The notes beneath the pieces are model-generated. The model saw only the letters and a program-made list of their open reading frames with translations, was not told the DNA's origin and did no database searches. From an archaeon (lineage in GTDB: Archaea; AGJL01; Methanococci; Methanococcales; Methanocaldococcaceae), in contig JAJRSC010000012.1 in assembly GCA_024278985.1 (NCBI GenBank), forward strand, positions 1 to 23,830: a DNA stretch of 23,830 bases, given 5' to 3'. The position numbers and the translations under genes are program-made. Within the stretch, counting starts at the first letter, position 1. Each line of letters begins with the position of its first letter. Positions 10,582 to 20,411 of the stretch are shown here, in pieces.

Positions 10582-11655
10582 ATGATAACCCCATGGAAAG
10601 TAGAGGATATAAATTATAAAGAAACTATGGAAAAATTTGGGATTAAGGAATTAAAAAATGTTGATTTAGAGCATCATTTTTTTAGAAGAGGGATTATATT
10701 ATGACATAGGGATTTTGATAGGATTTTAGAATGCATAAGGAATAAAAAAGAATTTGCAGTTGTTACTGGAATGATGCCATCTGGAAAAATGCATTTTGGC
10801 CATAAAATGGTTGTAGATATGTTAAAATTTTACCAAAACTATACGGATAAAATTTTTATACCTATTGCTGACTTAGAGGCATTTTGGGCAAGAGATATCT
10901 CTTTTGAAAAATCTAAGAAAATAGCAATTGAAGAGTATATAATAAATTACATTGCTCTTGGATTGGATATAGATAAGACATTTATCTATTTACAATCAAA
11001 ATATTGGAAAGTTAAAGATTTATCATTTATATTATCAAAAAAAACAAATTGGAGTGAAATAAAGGCAATATATGGTTTTGGAGGAGAGACAAATATAGGG
11101 CATATTTTTGCTCCAATTGTTCAAGTTGCTGATATATTACAACCTGAGTTTGATGAAAATTTAAATAAAAAACCTATACCTGTTTTGGTTCCCGTTGGTT
11201 TAGACCAAGACCCTCATATAAGATTAACAAGAGATATTGCTAAGAGGTTAAAAATTATTGAACCATCATCAACCTACCACAGATTTATGACTGGACTGTT
11301 AGGAGGAAAAATGAGTTCTTCAAAACCAGAGACAGCTATATTTTTAACTGATAGTGATGAAGAAGTTAAGAAAAAAATTTCTTCTGCTAAAACTGGGGGA
11401 GGAAAAACTTTAGAGGAGCATAAAAAATATGGTGGAAAGCCTGAGGAATGTGTTATTTATGAGATGTTTTTATATCATTTAATTTTAGATGATAAAGAAC
11501 TCTCTAAAATTTATGAAGAATGTAAAAAAGGAGAACTAACCTGTGGAAAATGTAAAAAATTGGCTTATGAGCTAATAATTAACTTCTTAAAAGAGTTGAG
11601 AGAGAAAAGAGAAGAAGCAAAAGAAAAATTAAAGGAATTAAAAGGGGTGATTTAA
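10582..11655 (+). CDS. trpS: Tryptophan--tRNA ligase, interrupted by one in-frame TGA at 10702-10704
   Basis: The ATG at 10582 gives MITPWKVEDINYKETMEKFGIKELKNVDLEHHFFRRGIIL*HRDFDRILE, in frame with the 10771 ORF. Motifs: PSGKMHFGH (HIGH), GLDQDPHIRLTRD, KMSSS and a C-terminal four-Cys cluster. Confidence 0.93.
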
Positions 11656-11660
11656 TTTTT

Positions 11661-12791
11661 ATGTATAGAGAAAAACCTCCTGAAGAGACATTTAAAGATA
11701 TTCAGGAAGCCCTAAAAAAAATTAATGTTTTGGAAATTGAAAAAGTTAATTTAGATTATGTAAATATTCCAGTGTATTATGTTAAGAGAGAAGTTATATT
11801 TAATGGTAAAAAAGGGATAGCACTTAATTATGGGAAGGGTTATAGAGATATAGATGCAAAGGTTTCTGCCTCTATGGAAGCCATTGAAAGAGCTTCAGCT
11901 GTATATGATAAAAGAAAAATTATCAAAAATCCAGAAAATCCTATAAATATAGAGGATTTAATTCTACCACCATACTCATCTAAAAAGGTAGATGAGTGGG
12001 TTATTGGAAAGGAGTTAGTAGAAAATGTTCATAAAGAAGTTCCATCTGAAGCTGTTTTTTATCCTGTTGAAGGAAATTTATTTAGAGGACATACTAATGG
12101 TTTAGCAGCTGGAAACAGTTTAGAGGAAGCATTAGTTCATGGTATTCTTGAAGTTGTTGAAAGAGATTCATGGAGCATAGCTGATTTTTCTCCAAGAATT
12201 ACAATAAAAATAAATCCTGAAGATGCAAAAGATGAGAGAATACATAAAATTATTGAAGAGTTTGAAAGTAAAGGAGTTAAAATAACTTTAAAATATATAG
12301 CTACTTTAGATATTCCTGTAGTTGTAGCTATTTCAGATGATAAAAATCCTTTATTAATGTGTATGGGTGTTGGATGTCATTTAAATCCTGAAATTGCAAT
12401 ATTAAGAGCTTTAACAGAATTGGCTCAAAGTAGGGCAACACAACTACATGGATTTAGAAGAGATACAAAAATTAGAGAAATATTTATAAAAAATATGACA
12501 TATGAAAGAGCTAAAAAAATTTATAAAAAATGGTTTGAGTATGATAAAGAGGTTAAAATTGAGGATTTACCAAACTTATCAAAAAGTAACATAAAGAAGA
12601 ATTTAAAATTTTTAATTGATTACTTACCAGAAAAAGGTTTCAATGAAATAATTTATGCTGATTTAACAAAATATGATATACCAGCTGTAAGGGTTATAAT
12701 TCCAAAGATGGAAATATATTCTGTTGATAAGGATAGAATCTCCAAAAATCTATATAAAAGAACAAAAGAATTTTTAAAGGTGAGTATTTGA
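11661..12791 (+). CDS. ycaO: YcaO-family protein, McrA glycine thioamidation type (methanogenesis marker 1)
   Basis: 376 aa. GKG...SASMEAIER, TNGLAAGNSLEEA...EVVERD, RALTELAQSR and PAVRVIIP are YcaO ATP-binding motifs. GGGGTGA RBS. Confidence 0.88.
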   Translation: MYREKPPEETFKDIQEALKKINVLEIEKVNLDYVNIPVYYVKREVIFNGKKGIALNYGKGYRDIDAKVSASMEAIERASAVYDKRKIIKNPENPINIEDLILPPYSSKKVDEWVIGKELVENVHKEVPSEAVFYPVEGNLFRGHTNGLAAGNSLEEALVHGILEVVERDSWSIADFSPRITIKINPEDAKDERIHKIIEEFESKGVKITLKYIATLDIPVVVAISDDKNPLLMCMGVGCHLNPEIAILRALTELAQSRATQLHGFRRDTKIREIFIKNMTYERAKKIYKKWFEYDKEVKIEDLPNLSKSNIKKNLKFLIDYLPEKGFNEIIYADLTKYDIPAVRVIIPKMEIYSVDKDRISKNLYKRTKEFLKVSI

Positions 12792-13516
12792 TTGGAAAAG
12801 TTGAAAAAATTCTCAATAAAATTTTAGAAGAAGAAGGTGCCTTATATTTTATTTTAATTGACCCTGAAAAAGATATAAAAAAGGAAATTTTAGAATATGC
12901 TGATGCTATTTTAGTTGGAGGAAGTTCTGGAATTATTGATTTAGATGAAAAAATAAAAGAACTTAAAGATTTTGGAAAGCCAATTATTCTATTTCCTGGA
13001 AATGTTGATGGCTTATCTAAAGAGGCAGATGCTGTTTTATTTATGTCTTTAATGAACTCTACAAATACATACTGGACTACAACAGCTCCAACTTTAGGGG
13101 CTATAAAAATCTTAAAATATAAGTTAGAACCTATTCCTACTGCCTATATATGTATTGAACCAGCCAAAAAAACAACTGTTGGTTTTGTTGGAGAAATTAA
13201 TGAAATTCCCAAAAATAAACCAAATATAGTAGCAATGTATTGTTTATCTGCCAAGTTTTTTGGTATGAGATGGGCATACTTAGAAGCAGGAAGTGGAGCA
13301 GAATATCCAGTTAGTAATGAGGCAATTCATTTAAGTAAGAAGTTATCAGGGATTAATATTATAGTTGGTGGAGGGATTAGGAAGGATAATATTGCCTATG
13401 AAAAGGTTAAAGCAGGGGCAGATGTTATTGTTACTGGTACATTAGCAGAGAAAAAACCTGAAGAAGTTGAAAAGATATATAGAGCAATAAAAACAGCAGG
13501 GAGGGAAAAATTATGA
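12788..13516 (+). CDS. Geranylgeranylglyceryl phosphate synthase
   Basis: 242 aa. [41 protein letters not shown] start overlapping the ycaO TGA, GGTGAG RBS. Confidence 0.93.
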   Translation: MIGKVEKILNKILEEEGALYFILIDPEKDIKKEILEYADAILVGGSSGIIDLDEKIKELKDFGKPIILFPGNVDGLSKEADAVLFMSLMNSTNTYWTTTAPTLGAIKILKYKLEPIPTAYICIEPAKKTTVGFVGEINEIPKNKPNIVAMYCLSAKFFGMRWAYLEAGSGAEYPVSNEAIHLSKKLSGINIIVGGGIRKDNIAYEKVKAGADVIVTGTLAEKKPEEVEKIYRAIKTAGREKL

Positions 13517-14799
13517 GAATATATACATCAGAAGTTAAGCCAGAAATGGATGGGGAAGTTGTTGAATTAGCAGGATGGGTTCATTCTATAAGGGCATTGG
13601 GAAAATTAATATTTGTTATATTGAGAGATAGAGAAGGAACTATTCAAATAGTTGCTCCAAAACAAAAAGTTGGAGAAGAGTTATTTAAAAAAATTAAGTC
13701 ATTAGGACAGGAGGATGTGATAAAAGTTAAGGGTAAGGTTATAGCCAATGAAAAAGCTCCTGGAGGAGTAGAAATTTTACCTTTAGAAGTTGAAATATTA
13801 AATAGAGCTGTAAGACCTTTACCATTAGACCCAGCTGAAAAAGTCCCATCTGAATTAGATACAAGATTAGATAATAGATATTTAGATTTAAGAAAACCAA
13901 AAATTCAGGCAATATTTAAAATTAGGCATGAAATGTTAAAATCTGTTAGAAACACATTTTATAATGAGGGATTTATTGAAGTAAATACTCCTAAGTTAGT
14001 TGTCTCATGTACTGAGGTAGGTACTGAGTTGTTTCCAATATCCTATTTTGATAAAGAGGCATTTTTAGGACAAAGCCCTCAATTGTATAAACAGATGTTA
14101 ATGGCTACAGGATTAGATAGAGTTTTTGAAATTGGACCAATATTTAGAGCAGAGGAACATAACACAAGAAGACATCTAAATGAAGCAATTTCTATAGATA
14201 TAGAAATGGCTTTTTCAGATGATAAGGATGCAATGGATATTTTAGAGAAGGTTATTATTAATGCATGTAAGGATGTTTATGAAAATAGAGAGAAAGAACT
14301 TAATTTATTAGGAGTAAAAATAGAAGTTCCTGAGAAAATAGAGAGAATAACATATGATGAGGCTTTAGAATTAATAAAGAATAAGGTAAGTATAGAATGG
14401 GGTGAAGATTTAAGTAGAGAGGCAGAAAAAGCCTTAGGAGAAGTTATGGGAGGTTATTATTTCATAACTGAGTGGCCAACAGAAATAAGACCATTTTATA
14501 CTATGCCAAAAGAAGATGAACCAGAAAAATGTAAGGCATTTGATTTAATGTATAAAGATTTAGAATTATCATCTGGAGCTCAAAGAATTCATCAATATGA
14601 TTTATTGGTAGAGAATATAAAGAAAAAAGGACTTAGTCCAGAAGGATTTAAGTATTATTTAGAAGCATTTAAATATGGAATGCCTCCACATGCAGGTTGG
14701 GGATTAGGAGCAGATAGATTTACAATGGTATTAACAGGTATGCAAAATATAAGAGAATGTGTTTTATTCCCAAGAGATAGACAAAGATTAACACCATAA
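13513..14799 (+). CDS. aspS: Aspartate--tRNA(Asp/Asn) ligase, probably non-discriminating
   Basis: 428 aa. OB-fold with GWVH and KAPGG (His/Pro associated with ND-AspRS), [42 protein letters not shown]. Confidence 0.95.
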   Translation: MRIYTSEVKPEMDGEVVELAGWVHSIRALGKLIFVILRDREGTIQIVAPKQKVGEELFKKIKSLGQEDVIKVKGKVIANEKAPGGVEILPLEVEILNRAVRPLPLDPAEKVPSELDTRLDNRYLDLRKPKIQAIFKIRHEMLKSVRNTFYNEGFIEVNTPKLVVSCTEVGTELFPISYFDKEAFLGQSPQLYKQMLMATGLDRVFEIGPIFRAEEHNTRRHLNEAISIDIEMAFSDDKDAMDILEKVIINACKDVYENREKELNLLGVKIEVPEKIERITYDEALELIKNKVSIEWGEDLSREAEKALGEVMGGYYFITEWPTEIRPFYTMPKEDEPEKCKAFDLMYKDLELSSGAQRIHQYDLLVENIKKKGLSPEGFKYYLEAFKYGMPPHAGWGLGADRFTMVLTGMQNIRECVLFPRDRQRLTP

Positions 14800-14809
14800 T
14801 ATTATGTAC

Positions 14810-17800
14810 TTATTTTATAGAAATTATTTCTTTATATAGTTCATCTAAAACTTTTTGATAATCCTCTTTTCCTTCTTCAATTAAATCCATCTTTTTTTCT
14901 AACTCTCTTGTTCTTTCCTCTGAAATAAGATGAGGATAATTATTTATTAAGAAATTATAAACCTCTATTCCTAACTTAGTTGGGATTAATTTATTTTTAT
15001 TTTTACTTTTTATTACATATCCTCTATCTAAAAGTTTTTTAATAATTTGGGCATATGTTGAAGGTCTTCCTATTCCTCTCTCTTTCATTAATTTGATTAC
15101 ATCACCTTCATCATAAAGTGGTTTAGAAGGAACTTTTTTTATCTCTTTTTCAATAACTTTTAATTTATTTTTATCTATCTTTGGTAGTTGTTTTAATCTT
15201 AATGGGTAAATTCTACTCCAACCATCATATATTATATTTATATACCCCTCAATTTTTTCATCTAAATCTTTTATATATATCTCCTCATATTCAACAACTG
15301 CCTCCTTCATCTGAGAAGCTATAAATCTTCTAAATATTAAATCATAAATTTTTATATGGTTTTTAGTTAATTTAATATTACTTTCTTTTAAAAATTCAAT
15401 AAATTCCTCTGTATCCATAGGTTTTGTTGGTCTAATACATTCATGAGCTCCTTCCATATAGTACTCTCTATTTTTTAAATATTCCTCAAGATTTTTTAAT
15501 TTTAAATAATCTTTTGCTACTTTCATTCCATCCAAGGATACTCTTGTAGATGAAGTTCTATGATATGTACAAAAACCTAACTCAAAAAGTTCCTGGGCTA
15601 TGGACATAACTTCATCAGCACTTAAATTAAATCTTTTAGTTGCCTCCTCTAAGAGTGTATCAGTAGTAAATGGAGGTTGTGGAGGAATAGATTTTTCATA
15701 TATTTTTATATCAACTTCAACCTCATCCTTAATAAAATCATTTTCAACAATCTTTCCAATATATAAGTCATATTCAAGTTTTAAAGAAAGATATGGGACC
15801 TTCTTTTTATATTCTTCATATCTTTCAATTATCCAACCTAATACAGGAGTCTGAACTCTTCCAGCAGAAAGATATTTTTTATTAAATACTTCCCACAATT
15901 TTTCACTTAATCTAAAACCAATCCATCTATCTTCTATTCTCCTAACCACCTGACTTTTAACTTTATTCTCATCTAAATTAAGCTCTTCTTTTCTTTTAAA
16001 CTGCTCTACAGCCCTTAATATAGACCTTTTGGTAATTTCATTAAATCCAACTCTATATATTTCCTTATTAAAAGGTAGAATATTAAGGGCAATATCATAC
16101 CCTATTTTTTCTCCTTCATTATCTATATCAGTTGCAATAAAAATAGCATCTACTTCATCAGCTATTTCTCTAACAATCTCTATATTTTCCTTAGAATCTA
16201 TGAAATTAACTTTTTCCCCCTTCTCTAAAAGAGATTTTATAATCTCTTCTAAATTCTTCTGGTCTGTAAATTGTTCTCCATTTACTTTTTTTATTGAGCA
16301 ATATATTGGAATATAAATATTATCTATTTTAACACCATAAAATCCTTCTTTAGTTACTAAATCAAAAACATGCCCACCACTTGCAGTAATTATTAAATTA
16401 ATATCTCCAATACAAACCTCATAGATATTTCTATTGTTTATTTTTCTAACTGATGGCTTACCAAAGAAGTTGGCTATTGTTTTGGCTTTATTAGGACTTT
16501 CAACAACCATTAAAACAGATTTTAATAAATCTGGGATTTTTCCTTTTTTTCTACCTTCTTTAATTTTTTTTCTATCCTCATCAATCTTTTTTAATAATTC
16601 TTCTATATTAACATCTTCTAACTTTTTGAATTCACTTTCATACATAAAGAGCATATACTTCCTAAGAGCTTCAAAAACATTAAAATCATCAACTAAAACA
16701 ATACTTGCCCCTTTAGTTAAACCAAACTCTGTCATTCTTGAAGTTCTTCCTGATGCTTGGATGTAGGTTTTTACATCAGGAGTTAATAAATAAATATCTT
16801 CCTCCTCTCTTAATGAGAAGTTTTTAATTTTTAATTTTTCTTTTACTATCTCTCTTATTTCCTCTAATGTTTTTCCTTCTATAACAACATCCTCTTTTAA
16901 AATGCCTTTTTCTTTTAGATTGTTTATATACTCTTTCAGTTTAATTTTAAACTTAGGAACTCCATAAAATATGGCATATCTAACTCTCTCAGGCATATCT
17001 AAACCTCTAACTAAAACACCATAATATGAAGCAACACCAATTAAAATATCTATTTTTCCCTCTTTAAAGTCTTCAAATCCTTTTTTATCTTTAGAGTGTA
17101 TTAACTTAGCATTTATTTTATTTTTTATTAAAAATTCTTCTATCTCCTTAGCCTTTTCTATACCATAATCCATAGATACAAAAACCAACCCACCACTACC
17201 AAAAATATTTATTAACTCTAAGATTTTTTCAAAAGTTAGGGATTCATTATAGATATCCTCAACATCTCTTAACTTATTCATTCCAAAACCAACATCAAAG
17301 TTTAAAAGTTCTCTATACAACTTAACCCTATCTCCATAACTTTTTCCTGTTGCAGAGGCAATAACTAAACAACCATGTTTAATATTCTTTAATTTCTCTC
17401 TTAAAATTTCCCTTTTTTTCATTGCTTCCTCTAATTTCCCAATTTTAATAAGATAGATAATTTTATATGCCTCATTTATTATTTCATCAGAAAATCCTAA
17501 AAGTTTTAAAGTTCTGTCTATATTTTTTGATGCTTTTAAAAGAGCATCAACATCATCAACAAAGATAAAATCAAATATAACATTTGGTAAATTTTTGGAT
17601 AAATAGTTAGATGTTGTTATTAAAATATCAAAATCTCCATTATCTATTTTTTCTTTAATTTCCTTTTTTTCTTTATTTGAAAGTTCTGAATGATATGCAA
17701 CAACTTTTATATTTAAATTTCCTTCTTTTATTAGTTCTTTACATCTTTCATAACTCTGCTTAACTAAAAGTGTAGTTGGAAGGATAATATAACATTTTTT

Positions 17801-18175
17801 TCCTTTATTTGCTAAGTATAAGGACATTAAAATACCAAAGAAACTTTTACCTACACCTGTTGGAGCAACTATTGAGAAACTTTTATTTTTTAAAACTCTC
17901 TTTGCCCACATCTTTTGAATACTTAAAAGTTTAATATTCAACTTATTAGCAAAATTTTCAAATTCTTTAAATTCATTCCAAACTTTACAATAATCTTTTA
18001 ACTCTTTAATTTTTTGATTATTTTTTAAAATTTTACATAATTCTAATTTATTGTATATTTTCTCTTCATCTAAGCATTTTTCACAAACTCCTATATTCAA
18101 CCTTTCAGATGTTATTTCTCCTTTACAATTTGGACACATTTCTTTAAATATCATTGGAACAGTCATAATATCCAC
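14810..18175 (-). CDS. rgy: Reverse gyrase (no intein)
   Basis: 1121 aa. N-terminal CPNC...CEKC Zn finger, APTGVGKS, DDVD, QASGRTSR helicase motifs, then topoisomerase IA VESPNKA, SAGRVQ, TYHRT (catalytic Tyr), GIGRPSTY. Start may be the ATG at 18166. Confidence 0.98.
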   Translation of the reverse strand: MDIMTVPMIFKEMCPNCKGEITSERLNIGVCEKCLDEEKIYNKLELCKILKNNQKIKELKDYCKVWNEFKEFENFANKLNIKLLSIQKMWAKRVLKNKSFSIVAPTGVGKSFFGILMSLYLANKGKKCYIILPTTLLVKQSYERCKELIKEGNLNIKVVAYHSELSNKEKKEIKEKIDNGDFDILITTSNYLSKNLPNVIFDFIFVDDVDALLKASKNIDRTLKLLGFSDEIINEAYKIIYLIKIGKLEEAMKKREILREKLKNIKHGCLVIASATGKSYGDRVKLYRELLNFDVGFGMNKLRDVEDIYNESLTFEKILELINIFGSGGLVFVSMDYGIEKAKEIEEFLIKNKINAKLIHSKDKKGFEDFKEGKIDILIGVASYYGVLVRGLDMPERVRYAIFYGVPKFKIKLKEYINNLKEKGILKEDVVIEGKTLEEIREIVKEKLKIKNFSLREEEDIYLLTPDVKTYIQASGRTSRMTEFGLTKGASIVLVDDFNVFEALRKYMLFMYESEFKKLEDVNIEELLKKIDEDRKKIKEGRKKGKIPDLLKSVLMVVESPNKAKTIANFFGKPSVRKINNRNIYEVCIGDINLIITASGGHVFDLVTKEGFYGVKIDNIYIPIYCSIKKVNGEQFTDQKNLEEIIKSLLEKGEKVNFIDSKENIEIVREIADEVDAIFIATDIDNEGEKIGYDIALNILPFNKEIYRVGFNEITKRSILRAVEQFKRKEELNLDENKVKSQVVRRIEDRWIGFRLSEKLWEVFNKKYLSAGRVQTPVLGWIIERYEEYKKKVPYLSLKLEYDLYIGKIVENDFIKDEVEVDIKIYEKSIPPQPPFTTDTLLEEATKRFNLSADEVMSIAQELFELGFCTYHRTSSTRVSLDGMKVAKDYLKLKNLEEYLKNREYYMEGAHECIRPTKPMDTEEFIEFLKESNIKLTKNHIKIYDLIFRRFIASQMKEAVVEYEEIYIKDLDEKIEGYINIIYDGWSRIYPLRLKQLPKIDKNKLKVIEKEIKKVPSKPLYDEGDVIKLMKERGIGRPSTYAQIIKKLLDRGYVIKSKNKNKLIPTKLGIEVYNFLINNYPHLISEERTRELEKKMDLIEEGKEDYQKVLDELYKEIISIK

Positions 18176-18234
18176 TCTATGTTTTTGTTATTAGATTTTT
18201 TAAAAAATATTTAAAAATTTTGTCTCTACATTTG

Positions 18235-18605
18235 GAGACTGTCAAGTTAAATTTTTATATCGATATATAAAAAATAATAAATTATGAACCTTACGATAGT
18301 GGCCATAAAAGAAAAAATCGAAGAAAAGAAGCTTTTTAAAAGAAATAGAAAGTCGGTAGAGGTTAAAATCTTAGCTGGACTTTTATATTTTTTCGGATTA
18401 TCACTGAGGAATGTGGGTTTATTCCTTTCTCAATTTGAAAGTTTAAGCCACGAGTCGGTTAGAATTTATTATCACAAGATTAAAGTTGTTTTAAACTAAC
18501 GTAAAAGAAAGGAAAGAAAGTTAATAGCAATCGATAAGACCAAACTAAAGATTGAAAACGAATGATATAAAAACGAAAGAATAAAATCGTTAATTTAACA
18601 GTCTC
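18235..18605 (+). mobile_element. Internally deleted, non-autonomous IS6-family (ISMja1-like) element, 371 bp
   Basis: 16-bp terminal inverted repeats: GAGACTGTCAAGTTAA (18235-18250) and TTAATTTAACAGTCTC (18590-18605), 14/16 complementary, enclosing a transposase remnant. No target-site duplication seen. Confidence 0.85.
18284..18598 (+). pseudogene. IS6-family transposase remnant
   Basis: MNLT...[23 protein letters not shown]...[11 protein letters not shown] is the archaeal IS6 N-terminal HTH region. The frame continues past TAA 18497 into LIAIDKTKLKI (first DDE Asp), has a TGA at 18563, then jumps to IKSLI* inside the right IR. Most of the catalytic core is missing. Confidence 0.85.
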
Positions 18606-18780
18606 GTTAACTATACATAAAGTATTTAAATTATTAACGAGTAAATTTTTAAATATGGTTATCATTGAGTTAAAACTGTTTTTTATTTAAGTATTTATAT
18701 ACTATTTTATTTTTTGGTTTTATGATTATAGAATATCGATTTACACTGTCAGTTATTACATTATTTTAAGGGGATAAAAT

Positions 18781-19503
18781 ATGATAAAAGTTAAAAATTT
18801 AAGTGCAGGATATGGAAAACTACAAATCTTATTTGATGTCAATGCAAGAGTTGAAGAAAAAAAGATAACTACAGTTGTAGGTCCAAATGGTTCAGGAAAA
18901 TCTACATTTTTAAAAACATTATTTGGATTAACAAAAATATACTCTGGAGAAATTAACTTTAAAGGAAAAGATATAACATATATTCCTCCATATAAAAAGG
19001 CAAGAATAGGAATTGCCTATCTTCCACAAACAAATAATGTTTTTGTTAATTTAACTGTTGAGGAAAATCTAAAAATTGCTGGTTATATTTTAGATAAAAA
19101 TAAATTAAATGATAGAATAGAACTATCTTTGGATGTCTTTCCAGAATTAAAAGAAATTTTACATAGAAAAGCAGGAACATTAAGTGGTGGGCAAAGACAA
19201 TTTTTAGCTATGGCTATGGCAATAGTTAGAGATGCAGATATTTTAATGCTTGATGAACCAACAGCCCAACTGTCTCCAAAATTAGCAGAAGTTATTTTTA
19301 ATAAGATTGTTGAGATGAGGGATAATTATGGATTAACCATTTTATTAGTAGAACAAAATGCTAAAAGAGCATTAGAAATTTCTGACAATGCTTATATGTT
19401 TGTTAGTGGAAGAGTTGCATTTGAAGGTACTGCTGAAGAGCTATTAAACCATGAGAAATTTAAAGAATATTCTTTAGGTATAACTGCAGTAGGTGAAAGT
19501 TAA
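18781..19503 (+). CDS. livF: Branched-chain amino acid ABC transporter ATP-binding protein (LivF type)
   Basis: 240 aa. [24 protein letters not shown] and LLVEQN (the LivF signature). Confidence 0.9.
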   Translation: MIKVKNLSAGYGKLQILFDVNARVEEKKITTVVGPNGSGKSTFLKTLFGLTKIYSGEINFKGKDITYIPPYKKARIGIAYLPQTNNVFVNLTVEENLKIAGYILDKNKLNDRIELSLDVFPELKEILHRKAGTLSGGQRQFLAMAMAIVRDADILMLDEPTAQLSPKLAEVIFNKIVEMRDNYGLTILLVEQNAKRALEISDNAYMFVSGRVAFEGTAEELLNHEKFKEYSLGITAVGES

Positions 19504-20411
19504 TGATATTAGAGGGAGCTATAATATACTCAAATATTTTAGTTTTATTATCATTAGGATTAACCCTAACATATATAACTACAAATGTTCCAAATTTTGC
19601 CCAGGGAAGTTTTGCAGTTATTGGCAGTTATGTAGCATTAACATTATTGAAACTTTATAATATCTCTCCATATTTATCTTTACCAATTTTATTTATTGTT
19701 GGGGCAATTGTTGGATTTCTTACATATTTAGCATTAAAACCTTTAATTAAAAGAAATGCATCTATAGAGATGTTAATGATTGCCACTTTAGCAATAGATT
19801 TATTTTTATTTGGATTTATTGGAGCATACTCTGGAATTTTGGGGGATATTGTAGGTTCAACAATGGCAAAGTTTGTTTTTTCAAATATTGATTTTAGTTA
19901 TTTAGGGTTTAAGGGGATACTTTTTGTTTCTACTGGTGTTATTATTTTGTTGTTATTATCACTTTATATTTTATTATACAAAACAAAATTTGGAATTGCC
20001 TTAAGGGCATCTATGGAAAATCCTGATTTAGCCCAAACTATGGGGATAGATGTAGAAAAAACCAGAATGTTCTCTTGGATTCTTTCTGGGGGATTAGCAG
20101 GAATTGCTGGAGGATTATTACCATTTATACAGGAAATAGTTCCAGCTACAGGAGAGTTTATAATAATCTCAATATTTGCGGCGAGTGTTGTTGGTGGATT
20201 AAGACATATTTCTGGGGCATTAATAGGAGGGTATATAATAGGACTATCTGAGAGTTTGATAACTTATTATTTATCTCTAATATTAGGAGCTGGATTTTTA
20301 GTTTATGGAAGGGTTATTTCTTTAATAATGATGGTTGTAACATTATTATTTGCCCCTGAGGGAATAACTGGAATTGATTGGAGAAAAGTTAAAAAAAGTT
20401 TAGGATTTTAA
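19503..20411 (+). CDS. livH: Branched-chain amino acid ABC transporter permease (LivH type)
   Basis: 302 aa, hydrophobic. GLTL...NFAQG, TKFGIALRA...N...A..MGID, VVGG. Confidence 0.88.
   Translation: MILEGAIIYSNILVLLSLGLTLTYITTNVPNFAQGSFAVIGSYVALTLLKLYNISPYLSLPILFIVGAIVGFLTYLALKPLIKRNASIEMLMIATLAIDLFLFGFIGAYSGILGDIVGSTMAKFVFSNIDFSYLGFKGILFVSTGVIILLLLSLYILLYKTKFGIALRASMENPDLAQTMGIDVEKTRMFSWILSGGLAGIAGGLLPFIQEIVPATGEFIIISIFAASVVGGLRHISGALIGGYIIGLSESLITYYLSLILGAGFLVYGRVISLIMMVVTLLFAPEGITGIDWRKVKKSLGF

Noticed and set aside
14817-14829. 13-nt match of spacer 2 reverse complement (ATAGAAATTATTT) to the rgy 3' end
   Set aside because: Short low-complexity AT match expected by chance.
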